Below, piece by piece: positions 53,554 through 63,066 of a stretch of DNA of 64,000 nucleotides (position 1 is the first letter of the stretch; each line of letters starts with the position of its first letter). The position numbers were made by a program, and so were the translations under genes. This stretch comes from Pseudomonadota bacterium. GTDB taxonomy: Bacteria > Pseudomonadota > Gammaproteobacteria > Xanthomonadales > Xanthomonadaceae. The DNA lies in assembly GCA_018242485.1 (NCBI GenBank), contig JAFEBV010000039.1, forward strand, positions 1,057 to 65,056, written 5' to 3'. The notes below the pieces were generated by a model, which saw nothing but the letters and a program-made list of their open reading frames with translations, made no database searches and was not told the origin of the DNA.

Positions 53554-54026
53554 ACGCCGCGGTCGCGCCGCTGCCGCGCCTGCGTGCGCTGCATGCGCGC
53601 GACCTGCCGGAATTGATGACGATCGAAAACGCCGCTTACGAATTTCCGTGGACGCAAGGCATTTTCAGCGACTGCCTTGCCGCTGGTTACGAATGCTGGG
53701 TGCTGGAGGATGGTGGCCAGTTGCTCGGCTACGGCGTGCTCAGCGCCGCCGCTGGCGAGGCGCACATCCTCAACGTCTGTGTGGCACCAGCGCACCAGCA
53801 CTGCGGCCTGGGGCGTCTGCTGGTGCGTCGGCTGCTCGATCTGGCGCGCTGGCATCGCGCCGCGCAGGTGTTTCTCGAAGTGCGCCCGAGCAATCCAAAC
53901 GCGATCGCCCTGTACCACTCCGAGGGTTTCATCCAGATCGGCGTGCGCAAAGGGTATTACCCGGCACACGGCACCCGCGAGGACGCCATCGTGATGGGCA
54001 TGGATTTGCTGCCGCCGTCACATTGA
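53550..54026 (+). CDS. rimI: ribosomal-protein-alanine N-acetyltransferase
   Basis: GNAT fold with ENAAYEFPWT and VAPAHQHCGLGRLLV. GTG start. Confidence 0.85.
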   Translation: MNAAVAPLPRLRALHARDLPELMTIENAAYEFPWTQGIFSDCLAAGYECWVLEDGGQLLGYGVLSAAAGEAHILNVCVAPAHQHCGLGRLLVRRLLDLARWHRAAQVFLEVRPSNPNAIALYHSEGFIQIGVRKGYYPAHGTREDAIVMGMDLLPPSH

Positions 54027-54052
54027 GTCGCGGTCGGCACGATCTGACCGCA

Positions 54053-54388
54053 TCAAAATCCGTTGCCGGAGCTTTTGGGCGGGCTAGACGTTGGGCTCGC
54101 TGCCGCATGATCGCCCGCCGTCGTCCCGGAGCGCTCGATGGTCTCGAACTTCACGCCTTTCGGTGGCGGGTCTTGCGAGTACTGCGACACCCCATGCGCG
54201 TCCTTCCACTTGTACACCACGTTCGCCTGCGTCGGCGAGGGCTTGGCCGGGTTCGCCACCGGACTGGCCGCCGGTGTCGGCGCGCCGGTCGCGAAGACGG
54301 CGGTCGTCAGCAGGGCGAAAGCGGCAACGCCGGCGAGAATGACGGCATGTCGCAGGCGGCGGGAGGCGGTGAAAGGATGGTCGCGCAT
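54053..54388 (-). CDS. DUF4124 domain protein (second paralogue)
   Basis: TM segment followed by VVYKWKDAHGVSQYSQDPPPKG. Start at MRDHPF. Confidence 0.7.
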   Translation of the reverse strand: MRDHPFTASRRLRHAVILAGVAAFALLTTAVFATGAPTPAASPVANPAKPSPTQANVVYKWKDAHGVSQYSQDPPPKGVKFETIERSGTTAGDHAAASPTSSPPKSSGNGF

Positions 54389-54522
54389 GGCAGTGACGTA
54401 GTTGGAAAGTGATCGAGCACGGGAGCCGATAGCATAGGCGGTTTCGGTATCGGCCGTGGCGACCGTTCGGCGCAGCGCATCGACCGTCGAACCGCTGCGT
54501 CGAAACGTCGTGACGAAGTACT

Positions 54523-55314
54523 TCAGGTCGGCATCAGCGCCAGCACCGCCACGCCCAGCACGATGCGGTAGATCGCGAACCAGGTGAAGCGGTGGGTGCG
54601 GATGTAGCCCAGCAGCCACTTCACCGCGATGAAGGCCACGATCAGCGAGACCACGAAACCGACCGCGAGCGCGGTCCAGTCCTCGTGCGCGCTGCCGCCG
54701 GCCTTGATCGCCTTGAGCAGCTCATAGCCGGTCGCCGCGTACATCGTGGGGATGCCCACGAGGAACGAGAACTCGGTCGCCGCCGCGCGGTTGGAGGTGC
54801 CGGTGAGCATCGCCGCGAAGATCGTCGAACCCGAACGCGAGGTGCCCGGGAAGATGCCGGCGACCATCTGCGCCACGCCGACCACGACCGCCACCGGCCA
54901 GCTCACCGTGCTGCGATCGGGCATCTTCGCCGCGAAGTACTCCGCGCCGAGCATCCAGAACCCGCCGATCAGCCACGCCCAGGCGATCGGGTGCACTTCT
55001 TCGGGCAACTTGAAACCGGTTTTCACCGCGATCAAGCCCAGCACCGAGGTGATGAGAAAGGCCACGACGAGCTTGAACAGGTAGTCGCGCGCGCCCGGAT
55101 CGCTCCATTGCGTGAGCAGGTTCCAGATGCGTTTCCAGTAGATCAGGGTGATGGCGAGGATCGCGCCGGCCTGGATGCCGATGTTGAACAGATCCGAGCG
55201 TGCGCCCAACCCGAGTTTCTCGGCCAGCAGCAGGTGCCCGGTGCTGGACACCGGCAGGAACTCGGTGATGCCCTCGACGATGCCGAGGAGGATGACGTTG
55301 AGCAGGTCGTGCAT
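54523..55314 (-). CDS. uppP: undecaprenyl-diphosphate phosphatase
   Basis: GIVEGITEFLPVSSTGHL motif. 263 aa, multi-TM. Confidence 0.95.
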   Translation of the reverse strand: MHDLLNVILLGIVEGITEFLPVSSTGHLLLAEKLGLGARSDLFNIGIQAGAILAITLIYWKRIWNLLTQWSDPGARDYLFKLVVAFLITSVLGLIAVKTGFKLPEEVHPIAWAWLIGGFWMLGAEYFAAKMPDRSTVSWPVAVVVGVAQMVAGIFPGTSRSGSTIFAAMLTGTSNRAAATEFSFLVGIPTMYAATGYELLKAIKAGGSAHEDWTALAVGFVVSLIVAFIAVKWLLGYIRTHRFTWFAIYRIVLGVAVLALMPT

Positions 55315-55435
55315 GGGCGATCCCGGGCCAAAACAGTCGGCAGTGTAGGCGCAAACCAGTTAAGGCGGGCATGCGACTGCAAGCTTTTTCTGGCTGTTCT
55401 CGCGAGCACCAAATGCGGGAAATGAGAAAATATTT

Positions 55436-55452
55436 CGCACGCAAATGGTGCG
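55436..55452. promoter_or_regulatory. NtrC-type enhancer site CGCAC-N7-GTGCG
   Basis: The dyad CGCACGCAAATGGTGCG resembles the NtrC consensus TGCACC-N5-GGTGCA. It lies about 65 bp upstream of the sigma-54 element. A half site GCACCAAATGCG is at 55406-55417. Confidence 0.5.
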
Positions 55453-55504
55453 TGTTTTCTATCTGGTGAGAGCTATCTGTTTGTTTTGCATGGATATCAT
55501 GGGC

Positions 55505-55519
55505 TGGCACGCCACTTGC
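55505..55519 (+). promoter_or_regulatory. sigma-54 (-24/-12) promoter of glnA
   Basis: TGGCAC-GCCAC-TTGCT matches the TGGCAC-N5-TTGC consensus, 36 nt upstream of the glnA ATG. Confidence 0.7.
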
Positions 55520-55554
55520 TATAGTCAAGCATCCCCAACCGCCGGAGCTTTCGC

Positions 55555-56964
55555 ATGTCGTACGAGAACGTCGCCAAACTCATCAAGGATCACGCCATCG
55601 AATTCGTGGATCTGCGTTTTGCCGACATGCGCGGCGTGCAGCACCACGTCACCTTCCCGGCGTCGATCGTCGAGCCGGGCCTGTTCGAGGACGGGCGCAT
55701 GTTCGACGGCTCCTCGATCACCGGCTGGCGCGGCATCAACGAGTCCGACATGGTGCTGCTGCCGGATCCGGATTCGGCGGTGGTCGATCCGTTCGTCGCC
55801 GACCCGACCTTGATCCTCGTGTGCGACGTGCTCGACCCGGTCACCATGCAGGCCTACTCGCGCTGCCCGCGCTCGCTGGCCAAGCGCGCCGAGGCCTACG
55901 TCAAGGCCAGCGGCATCGCCGAGCAGGCCTTCTTCGGCCCCGAGCCCGAATTCTTCATCTTCGATTCGGTGCGCTGGGCCAACGAGATGGGCCACACCTT
56001 CTTCGAGATCGAATCCGACGAGGCGCACTGGAACTCGAAGAAGGAATACGACGGCGGCAACTCCGGCTATCGTCCGGGCCTGAAGGGCGGCTACTTCCCG
56101 GTCGCGCCGACCGATTCGCTGCACGACCTGCGCGCGGAAATGTGCAAGGCGCTGACCGCCGCCGGCATCGAGGTCGAGGTGCACCACCACGAGGTCGCCA
56201 ACGCCGGGCAGTGCGAGATCGGCACCAAGTTCAACTCGCTGGTGAAGAAGGCCGACGAGTTGCTGACGATGAAGTACATCATCAAGAACGTCGCCTTCCG
56301 CAACGGCAAGACCGCGACCTTCATGCCCAAGCCGCTGGTCGGCGACAACGGCAGCGGCATGCACGTGCACCAGTCGCTGGCCAAGGGCGGAGTCAACCTG
56401 TTCACCGGCGACGGCTACGGCGGCCTGTCGCAGATCGCGCTGTGGTACATCGGCGGCATCTTCAAGCACGCCCGCGCGATCAATGCCTTCGCCAACTCCA
56501 CCACCAACTCCTACAAGCGCTTGGTGCCGGGCTTCGAGGCGCCGGTGATGTTGGCCTACTCGGCGCGCAACCGCTCGGCGAGCTGCCGCATCCCGTTCGT
56601 CGCCAACCCGAAGGCGCGGCGCATCGAGGTGCGCTTCCCGGATCCGATGAACTCCGGCTACCTCACCTTCGCCGCGCTGCTGATGGCGGGTCTGGACGGC
56701 ATCAAGAACCGTATCGACCCGGGCGCGCCGATGGACAAGGATCTCTACGACCTGCCGCCGGAAGAGGACAAGGCGATCCCCAAGGTCTGCCATTCGCTCG
56801 ACCAGGCGCTGGAAGCCCTCGACAAGGACCGCGACTTCCTCAAGGCCGGCGGCGTGTTCAGCGACGACTTCATCGACGCCTACATCGGCGTGAAGATGGG
56901 CGAGGTGACCGCGTTCCGCGCGGCGACGCATCCGCTCGAGTTCTCGATGTACTACGGCATCTGA
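55555..56964 (+). CDS. glnA: glutamine synthetase type I
   Basis: 469 aa. Adenylylation-site context [13 protein letters not shown] sequence throughout. Confidence 0.97.
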   Translation: MSYENVAKLIKDHAIEFVDLRFADMRGVQHHVTFPASIVEPGLFEDGRMFDGSSITGWRGINESDMVLLPDPDSAVVDPFVADPTLILVCDVLDPVTMQAYSRCPRSLAKRAEAYVKASGIAEQAFFGPEPEFFIFDSVRWANEMGHTFFEIESDEAHWNSKKEYDGGNSGYRPGLKGGYFPVAPTDSLHDLRAEMCKALTAAGIEVEVHHHEVANAGQCEIGTKFNSLVKKADELLTMKYIIKNVAFRNGKTATFMPKPLVGDNGSGMHVHQSLAKGGVNLFTGDGYGGLSQIALWYIGGIFKHARAINAFANSTTNSYKRLVPGFEAPVMLAYSARNRSASCRIPFVANPKARRIEVRFPDPMNSGYLTFAALLMAGLDGIKNRIDPGAPMDKDLYDLPPEEDKAIPKVCHSLDQALEALDKDRDFLKAGGVFSDDFIDAYIGVKMGEVTAFRAATHPLEFSMYYGI

Positions 56965-57016
56965 CGCGCTACTCCCTCCCTCTGCAGGCAGGGGGAGGAG
57001 CAGCAGAAGGCCGCTT

Positions 57017-57120
57017 GTCTCCCTCCCTTGTGCGCAAGCACAGGGGGTGATGAGGCGCGTTGACGAACTGCCGGTGGCAGTTCGTGCGCCGAAGAACGCC
57101 CGGCAGGGCCGGAGGGTTGG
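57017..57120. repeat. MITE family 3 copy (core ACGAACTGCC-GGT-GGCAGTTCGT at 57063-57085)
   Basis: Same orientation and close similarity to 25279-25372. Confidence 0.8.
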
Positions 57121-57162
57121 GGAGGGGTTGAGGGGTTCACGCTGCGAACCGCGCCATCCCAG

Positions 57163-57186
57163 CCTCCCCCTGCAAGCAGGGGGAGG
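57163..57186. repeat. REP hairpin CCTCCCCCTGC-AA-GCAGGGGGAGG
   Basis: Perfect 11-bp stem, 33 nt upstream of the amtB ATG. Confidence 0.85.
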
Positions 57187-57219
57187 AGAGGTTGTACTGC
57201 AATCCGAGCAGGAGGAGCG

Positions 57220-58542
57220 ATGTCGAAGACCGTTCCCACACGCATCTTCAAGACGGCCTTGCTGCTGTCCGCGTTCCTGCCGCCCACTGCCTTCGCGCAA
57301 ACGCTACACGCGCCGATCGACAAGGGCGACACCGCGTGGATGCTCGTCGCCACCGCGCTGGTCGTGTTGATGATCGTGCCCGGCCTGGCGTTGTTCTACG
57401 GCGGGCTGGTGCGGGCGAAGAACATCCTCTCGGTGCTGATGCAGGTGCTGGTGGTGGCCGCGCTGGCGCTGGTGCTGTGGGTGGTGTACGGCTACAGCTT
57501 GGCCTTCGTCGGCGGCAACCCAGTGATCGGCGACCTGTCGAAAGCGCTGCTGCGTGGGGTGTCTCCTGCGTCGAGCTGGCCCACGTCCAGCGCTGGCGTG
57601 CGCATCCCGGAGATGATTTTCGTCGCCTTCCAGGGCGCGTTCGCCGCTATTTCTTGCGCGCTGGTGGTCGGCGCGATCGCCGAGCGCGCCAAGCTCTCCG
57701 CGGTGCTGGCCTTCGCCGCGCTGTGGTTCACCTTCGCCTACCTGCCGCTGGCGCACATGGTGTGGGCAAGCAACGGTTTTCTGATGCAGCTGGGCGCGCT
57801 GGACTTCGCCGGCGGCACGGTGGTGCACATCAACGCCGGCATCGCCGGACTGGTCGGCGCCTACGTGCTCGGGCCGCGCATCGGTTTCGGCCGCGAACGC
57901 CTGTCGCCGCACAGTCTGCCGCTGACCTTCGGCGGCGCGGGCCTGCTCTGGGTCGGCTGGTTCGGCTTCAACGCCGGATCGGCGCTGGAAGCCAACGGCA
58001 TCGCCGCGCTCGCCTTCCTCGACACGTTGATTGCACCGGCCGCCGCGGTACTCGCATGGTGCGCGATCGAGGCGCAGCGGCGCGGAAGGGCGTCGATGCT
58101 CGGCGCGGCCTCCGGCGCGGTTGCCGGGCTGGTCGGAATCACCCCGGCCTGCGGCACCGTTGGCGTCGGCGGCGCGCTCATCATCGGCGCGGCCAGCGGG
58201 CTGGCCGGATTCTGGGGCGTGAACGCGCTCAAGCGCCTGCTGCGCGCGGACGATGCGCTCGACGTGTTCGGCGTGCACGGCGTGTGCGGCATCGTCGGCG
58301 CCCTGCTCACCGGCGTGTTCACCGCGCCCGCGCTCGGCGGGACCGGCGATGCACACTACGCGATCGGCCATCAACTCGGCGTGCAGGCACTGGGGGTGGC
58401 GGTGACCCTGCTGTGGTCAGGGGGAATGTCGTTGCTCGCATTCCTGATCGTGCGCGCCACGCTCGGTCTGCGCGTGGATCACGATGCCGAGCGCGAGGGG
58501 CTGGACATCAGCGCGCACGGCGAATCGGCGTACCAGCTGTGA
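57220..58542 (+). CDS. amtB: ammonium transporter
   Basis: Signal peptide, AGGTVVHINAG and DDALDVFGVHG motifs. 440 aa. Confidence 0.93.
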   Translation: MSKTVPTRIFKTALLLSAFLPPTAFAQTLHAPIDKGDTAWMLVATALVVLMIVPGLALFYGGLVRAKNILSVLMQVLVVAALALVLWVVYGYSLAFVGGNPVIGDLSKALLRGVSPASSWPTSSAGVRIPEMIFVAFQGAFAAISCALVVGAIAERAKLSAVLAFAALWFTFAYLPLAHMVWASNGFLMQLGALDFAGGTVVHINAGIAGLVGAYVLGPRIGFGRERLSPHSLPLTFGGAGLLWVGWFGFNAGSALEANGIAALAFLDTLIAPAAAVLAWCAIEAQRRGRASMLGAASGAVAGLVGITPACGTVGVGGALIIGAASGLAGFWGVNALKRLLRADDALDVFGVHGVCGIVGALLTGVFTAPALGGTGDAHYAIGHQLGVQALGVAVTLLWSGGMSLLAFLIVRATLGLRVDHDAEREGLDISAHGESAYQL

Positions 58543-58769
58543 TGGAAGCTGTTCGCGACCAACGCTGCGCACCTGCACGCATCCCGTCGGGACGTGGGCG
58601 AATCCTCCAACGATCGTGCCTCTGGATGGCTGTGCGCTGATGGAGAGGAGCCCGAATCGCAGCGCGGCTGCTGTGGTTGCTCGAATTCATGGCGAATTTG
58701 CGGGATGAACGCGCGTTTCATCGGCGATACCAGGACTACACTGCGCGTTCCAACCATTCGGCCGAATCC

Positions 58770-59588
58770 ATGCCCACCTTGCATGGCAAAACCCTGTTCA
58801 TCACCGGCGCTTCGCGCGGCATTGGCTTGGCGATCGGAGTGCGCGCCGCGCGCGATGGCGCGAATGTCGTGATCGCCGCCAAGTCGGCGGTGCCCAATCC
58901 GAAACTGCCCGGCACCATCCACACCGCCGCAGCGGCCATCGAGGAAAATGGTGGCCGTGCGCTGGCGATCCAGTGCGACATCCGCGAGGAGGAGCAGGTG
59001 CGCGCAGCGGTCGCGCAGACCGTGGCGCACTTCGGCGGCATCGACATCCTCGTCAACAACGCCAGCGCGATCTGGCTGCGCGGCACGCTGGACACGCCGA
59101 TCAAGCGCTTCGACCTGATGCAGCAGGTCAACGCGCGCGGCAGTTTCCTGTGCGCGCAGGCCTGCCTGCCGCACCTGCTGCAAGCGGCCAATCCGCACAT
59201 CCTGACGCTGGCGCCGCCGCCGTCGCTGGATCCGAAATGGTGGGGCCCGCACACCGGCTACACGCTGGCGAAGATGGGCATGAGCTTCGTCACCCTCGGG
59301 CTGGCCGCCGAGTTCGGCCCGCGCGGCGTGGCGGTGAATGCGCTGTGGCCGCGCACCCTGATCGCCACCGACGCGCTGAACATGATCCCCGGCGTGAGCG
59401 GGGCCAACGGCCGCAAGCCCGAGATCATGGGTGATGCCGCGCACGCCATCCTCGTGCGTGAAGCGCGCGGCTTCAGCGGCCATTTCCTGATCGACGAGGA
59501 CGTGTTGCGCGAAGCGGGAATCAGCGACCTCGCGGCGTATGCGGTCGATCCTGCGCAGCGTCTGTTGCCGGATCTGTATCTGGATTGA
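58770..59588 (+). CDS. SDR family oxidoreductase (HSDL2-like)
   Basis: TGASRGIG cofactor motif and the YTLAK catalytic pair. Start at MPTLHGKTLFITG. Confidence 0.85.
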   Translation: MPTLHGKTLFITGASRGIGLAIGVRAARDGANVVIAAKSAVPNPKLPGTIHTAAAAIEENGGRALAIQCDIREEEQVRAAVAQTVAHFGGIDILVNNASAIWLRGTLDTPIKRFDLMQQVNARGSFLCAQACLPHLLQAANPHILTLAPPPSLDPKWWGPHTGYTLAKMGMSFVTLGLAAEFGPRGVAVNALWPRTLIATDALNMIPGVSGANGRKPEIMGDAAHAILVREARGFSGHFLIDEDVLREAGISDLAAYAVDPAQRLLPDLYLD

Positions 59589-59727
59589 ATCATGTCTGGA
59601 ATGCGCCGGCCGCATTCATCTAATATCGTTGTGGCATGCTTTACACATATCCACAATGAATAATGGTCGGATGCCCTTATCTTGGGTGCATCGCCGCGTG
59701 GCGATACCCCATCCAAGGAGAACCACC

Positions 59728-60384
59728 ATGAACACCCATCGCATCCTGTGCGCCCTCGTCGTGGGCGTGGCCATGGCCACCGCCACCCCCGCCGTGTTGG
59801 CGCACGACACCGCCCATGCCGCGCACGCGAGCAGCGCCGCCGCCACTGCGCCACAACTGCACGCCGCCCTGCGCGGGCTCTGGCATGGCCATCTGGTGGC
59901 CACCCACGACTACGCGCTGGCCGTGCACGCCGGCAACAAGGCCGCGCAGGCCAAGACCGCCGATGCGGTGGTCGCCAACGCCAAACAGATCGCCGATGCG
60001 GTCGCCGGGTTCTATGGCAAGCCCGCCGGCGATGGCCTGCTGAAACTGCTCGCCGGCCACTGGCAGGGCGTGAAGGATCTGACCGACGCCGCGCATGCGG
60101 GCGACAAGGCCGGCGAGAACAAGGCCATGCAGGCGCTCGCCGCCAATGCCGGGGAGATCGCCAAGTTCCTCGCCGGGGCCAATCCGAACTGGACCGAAGC
60201 GAGCCTGCAAGGCGCGCTGATGATGCACACCGCCGACCATCAGGCGCAGGTCGATCTGCTGATGGCGGGCGCACCGCAGGCGCAGCAGGATGCCGGCTGG
60301 ACGAAGATGCAGGAGCACATGAACATGATCGCCGACGTGCTCGCCGACGGTATCGCCAAGCAGTTCCCGGACAAGGCCAAATGA
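59728..60384 (+). CDS. hypothetical secreted His-rich helical-repeat protein
   Basis: Good SD (AAGGAG). Signal peptide MNTHRILCALVVGVAMATATPAVLA/HD. Three internally similar ~45-aa helical segments rich in His/Ala/Lys. No family recognised. Confidence 0.6.
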   Translation: MNTHRILCALVVGVAMATATPAVLAHDTAHAAHASSAAATAPQLHAALRGLWHGHLVATHDYALAVHAGNKAAQAKTADAVVANAKQIADAVAGFYGKPAGDGLLKLLAGHWQGVKDLTDAAHAGDKAGENKAMQALAANAGEIAKFLAGANPNWTEASLQGALMMHTADHQAQVDLLMAGAPQAQQDAGWTKMQEHMNMIADVLADGIAKQFPDKAK

Positions 60385-60402
60385 GGCGATGAAGGGGAGT
60401 CG

Positions 60403-61074
60403 ATGAAAAGCGCCAGCGCCCTGCACCAACTCGGCGACACCCAGCGCAAGCTCCTGCGCACGCTGCTTTCGCGTCCGCAGGGCGCGACGATCGAGGACTT
60501 GTGCGCGGCGCTGGGCATCAGCCACAACGCGGTCAGGCAACACCTGACCGCGCTGCGGGCGCGCGGTTTCGTCGAACCCGGCGAGGCGATCGCCAGCGGC
60601 GGTCGGCCGCGCGCAGTGTATGTCCTGCTGCCGGCGGGCCACGATCTGTTTCCACGCAACTATGCCTTGCTCGCACAGGGCATGATCGAGTACCTGTACG
60701 CCCACGGTGGCGTGCCGGCGGTGCAGGGGATGCTGACCGATCTGGGCGCGCGGCTGGGTAAACAGGCAGCCAGTCGCCTCGCCGCTGCTGGCGATCCATC
60801 ACAGGCCACGCACCTGCTTGCCGAGCAACTCGACACGCTGGGCTACGAAGCCGAAGTGACGCAGGCTGACGGTCACAGCGAAGTGCAGGCGTGGAATTGC
60901 GTCTTTCATTCTCTGGCACGCGCCCATCCGGACGTGTGCCGCTTCGATCTGGCCTTCATGGCGCAGGCCACCGGCCGCAGCGTGCAGCGCACCGCCTGCA
61001 TGCTGCACGGGCAGCCGGCCTGCCGGTTTCGGCTGGGGGAGCGTGCGCCGGGCGCTACGGATGCACCGGAGTAG
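60403..61074 (+). CDS. winged-HTH (ArsR-like) transcriptional regulator with a Cys-rich C-terminal domain
   Basis: LLRTLLSRPQGATIEDLCAALGISHNAVRQHLTALRARGFV. C-terminal Cys residues at WNCVFH, DVCRF, TACMLHGQPACRF. Confidence 0.7.
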   Translation: MKSASALHQLGDTQRKLLRTLLSRPQGATIEDLCAALGISHNAVRQHLTALRARGFVEPGEAIASGGRPRAVYVLLPAGHDLFPRNYALLAQGMIEYLYAHGGVPAVQGMLTDLGARLGKQAASRLAAAGDPSQATHLLAEQLDTLGYEAEVTQADGHSEVQAWNCVFHSLARAHPDVCRFDLAFMAQATGRSVQRTACMLHGQPACRFRLGERAPGATDAPE

Positions 61075-61193
61075 GCCATGCTTGCGTGCGCAGGGTGGCC
61101 GGCATGCTGCGGGTTGCATCGTCAACGGAATGCCCGGATGAGGGATAGGCCGGTGATGGCGCGAATGCAATGTCTTGGGCCTATACTCGGCGC

Positions 61194-61418
61194 ATGAGCC
61201 AGTCCCGTCCCGAATTTCTTGCCCTGTCGATCGCCGAGCGCATCCAGCTTGCCGAAGACATCTGGGACAGTATCGTTGCCGAGACGCCGGATGCGGCGAT
61301 GCTCACTGCGAAGCAGATGCAGGAGATGCAGCGCCGGCTGCTTGCGCATGACAAGGATCCCGCATCGGCCGTGGCGTGGGATCAGGTACGCGCGGAGCTT
61401 TTCTCCCGCAGCCATTGA
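61194..61418 (+). CDS. addiction-module antitoxin (TIGR02574-like small helical protein)
   Basis: LSIAERIQLAEDIWDSI pattern. Stop overlaps the toxin ATG (TGATG). Confidence 0.7.
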   Translation: MSQSRPEFLALSIAERIQLAEDIWDSIVAETPDAAMLTAKQMQEMQRRLLAHDKDPASAVAWDQVRAELFSRSH

Positions 61419-61714
61419 TGCGCGTCGTATTCCGCCCCGAAGCGCGGGCTGAAGCCCTCGAGGCCAGAGCTTGGTACGATTCGCGGGCAGCAGGCCTTGG
61501 TCTCGAATTCGCCCGCGCGCTCGATGCGGCCATCTTCGCGACGATGCGCCATCCGGATGGCCATCCCGAAATCGGCGCAGGCTGCCGTCAAGCCATCCTC
61601 CGGAAATTTCCCTACTCGCTGGTCTACCGCGTTCGGGGTGATGAATTGCTGGTGGTCGCCGTATTCCATCATCGACGTGACCCGGATCGACTGGCGCAGC
61701 GCGTCGGGCGCTGA
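61418..61714 (+). CDS. RelE/ParE family toxin
   Basis: 98 aa: MRVVFRPEARAEALEARAWYD...RKFPYSLVYRVRGDELLVVAVFHHRRDP, a typical ParE/RelE pattern. Confidence 0.75.
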   Translation: MRVVFRPEARAEALEARAWYDSRAAGLGLEFARALDAAIFATMRHPDGHPEIGAGCRQAILRKFPYSLVYRVRGDELLVVAVFHHRRDPDRLAQRVGR

Positions 61715-61860
61715 GATCCGTCGAAAGTGGATTGCCCGCAACGCAGAAGGTGGCTGGCATCCCACCCGCGCGCGATGCGCCCATCCTGCACGCTCCGCGG
61801 CGGTAGAATGAGCAACCTCGGCACGCGCCATCGGTGCTCGCCGCATCGATCCGGACTTCC

Positions 61861-62910
61861 ATGAACGAAACCACCGATCAGCCCCGCGTCGCGCCGGGCA
61901 GCAAGTTCACCAGCCCGCAGGGCACGCGCGCGGTCAAGGACGGCATCCGTCCGAGCGCGCTCAGCGTGATCCCCGACGCCGAGCGCAAGCCGTCGTGGCT
62001 GCGGGTGAAGTTGCCGGCGGGCGGCAAGTTCGAAGCGGTGCGCGACATCGTGCGCACGCACAAGTTGTCCACCGTGTGCGCCGAATCCAAGTGCCCGAAC
62101 CTCGCCGAGTGCTGGGGCCGCGGCACCGCCACGCTGATGCTGATGGGTTCGGTGTGCACGCGCGCCTGCAAGTTCTGTTCGGTGGACACCGGCAACCCGC
62201 AGGGCTGGCTGGATCCGCTGGAACCGGCCAGCGTCGCCGATGCGGTGGCGCTGATGGGGCTGAAGTACGTGGTGCTGACCTCGGTGGACCGCGACGACCT
62301 GCCCGACGGCGGTGCCGGCCATTACGCGGCGTGCATCCGCGCCATTCACGCGCGCATGCCGCAGACCGCGGTGGAAGCGCTCACGCCCGATTTCGCCGGT
62401 CGCCACGATTGCGTGGCCAAGGTGCTCGATGCCGGCCTTGCGACCTATGCGCAGAACATCGAAACCGTCGAGCGCCTCACCCATCCGGTGCGCGATCCGC
62501 GCGCCGGTTACCGGCAGACGCTGGACATCCTGAAGTTCGCCAAGACTTACGCGCCGACGACGATCACCAAGACCAGCATGATGCTGGGCCTGGGCGAAAC
62601 CGACGATGAAATCGAGCGCACCCTGGCCGACATCCGCGCCGCCGATGTGGACGTGGTGACGCTGGGCCAGTACATGCGGCCGACCAAGAACCACCTGCCG
62701 GTTGCACGCTTCGTCACCCCCGAGCAGTTCCAGCATTTCCGCGACGTGGCGTTGGGGATGGGCTTCCTCGAAGCGGTGTCCGGGCCGCTGGTGCGTTCCA
62801 GCTACCGCGCCGAGCGCGTGCTCGAGCACAACAATGTCGGGCTGGATGCAGCCTCAGTCGATCAGACCATCCTTGACGGCATCCGCGAGTCGGCGTCGTT
62901 GCGCTGTTGA
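61861..62910 (+). CDS. lipA: lipoyl synthase
   Basis: Auxiliary cluster [12 protein letters not shown] and radical-SAM CTRACKFC. Start at MNETTDQ. Confidence 0.95.
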   Translation: MNETTDQPRVAPGSKFTSPQGTRAVKDGIRPSALSVIPDAERKPSWLRVKLPAGGKFEAVRDIVRTHKLSTVCAESKCPNLAECWGRGTATLMLMGSVCTRACKFCSVDTGNPQGWLDPLEPASVADAVALMGLKYVVLTSVDRDDLPDGGAGHYAACIRAIHARMPQTAVEALTPDFAGRHDCVAKVLDAGLATYAQNIETVERLTHPVRDPRAGYRQTLDILKFAKTYAPTTITKTSMMLGLGETDDEIERTLADIRAADVDVVTLGQYMRPTKNHLPVARFVTPEQFQHFRDVALGMGFLEAVSGPLVRSSYRAERVLEHNNVGLDAASVDQTILDGIRESASLRC

Positions 62911-62922
62911 GGCTCGCGGGTT

Positions 62923-62945
62923 CCCTCTCCCCTTGCGGGAGAGGG
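62923..62945. repeat. REP family 2 hairpin CCCTCTCCC-CTTGC-GGGAGAGGG
   Basis: Perfect 9-bp stem, 13 nt after the lipA stop. Confidence 0.8.
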
Positions 62946-62987
62946 TGGCGCGTAGCGCTGGGAGAGGGGTGTCTCACTGCGAGGAGT

Positions 62988-63027
62988 AACCCCCTCCCAC
63001 CCTCCCCCTGCTGCGCAAGGGGAGGGG
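62988..63027. repeat. REP family 1 unit (tail AACCCCCTCCCA plus an imperfect CCCTCCCC/GGGGAGGG stem)
   Basis: Seen directly in the convergent lipA/hemL gap. Confidence 0.65.
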
Positions 63028-63066
63028 AAAGCAACGCATCGCCACGACTACTTTCCTGCGCAGCAA

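Noticed and set aside
56965-57219. Small ORFs here and in other repeat-filled gaps (for example 57047..57370, 25244..25609, 33022..33216) as candidate micro-proteins or a glnK remnant.
   Set aside because: Their translations (..PSPSAEGEG, ..LPAAVRAPKNARQGRR..) recur wherever the REP/MITE DNA recurs, in any frame context. They are repeat translations with no PII-like sequence.
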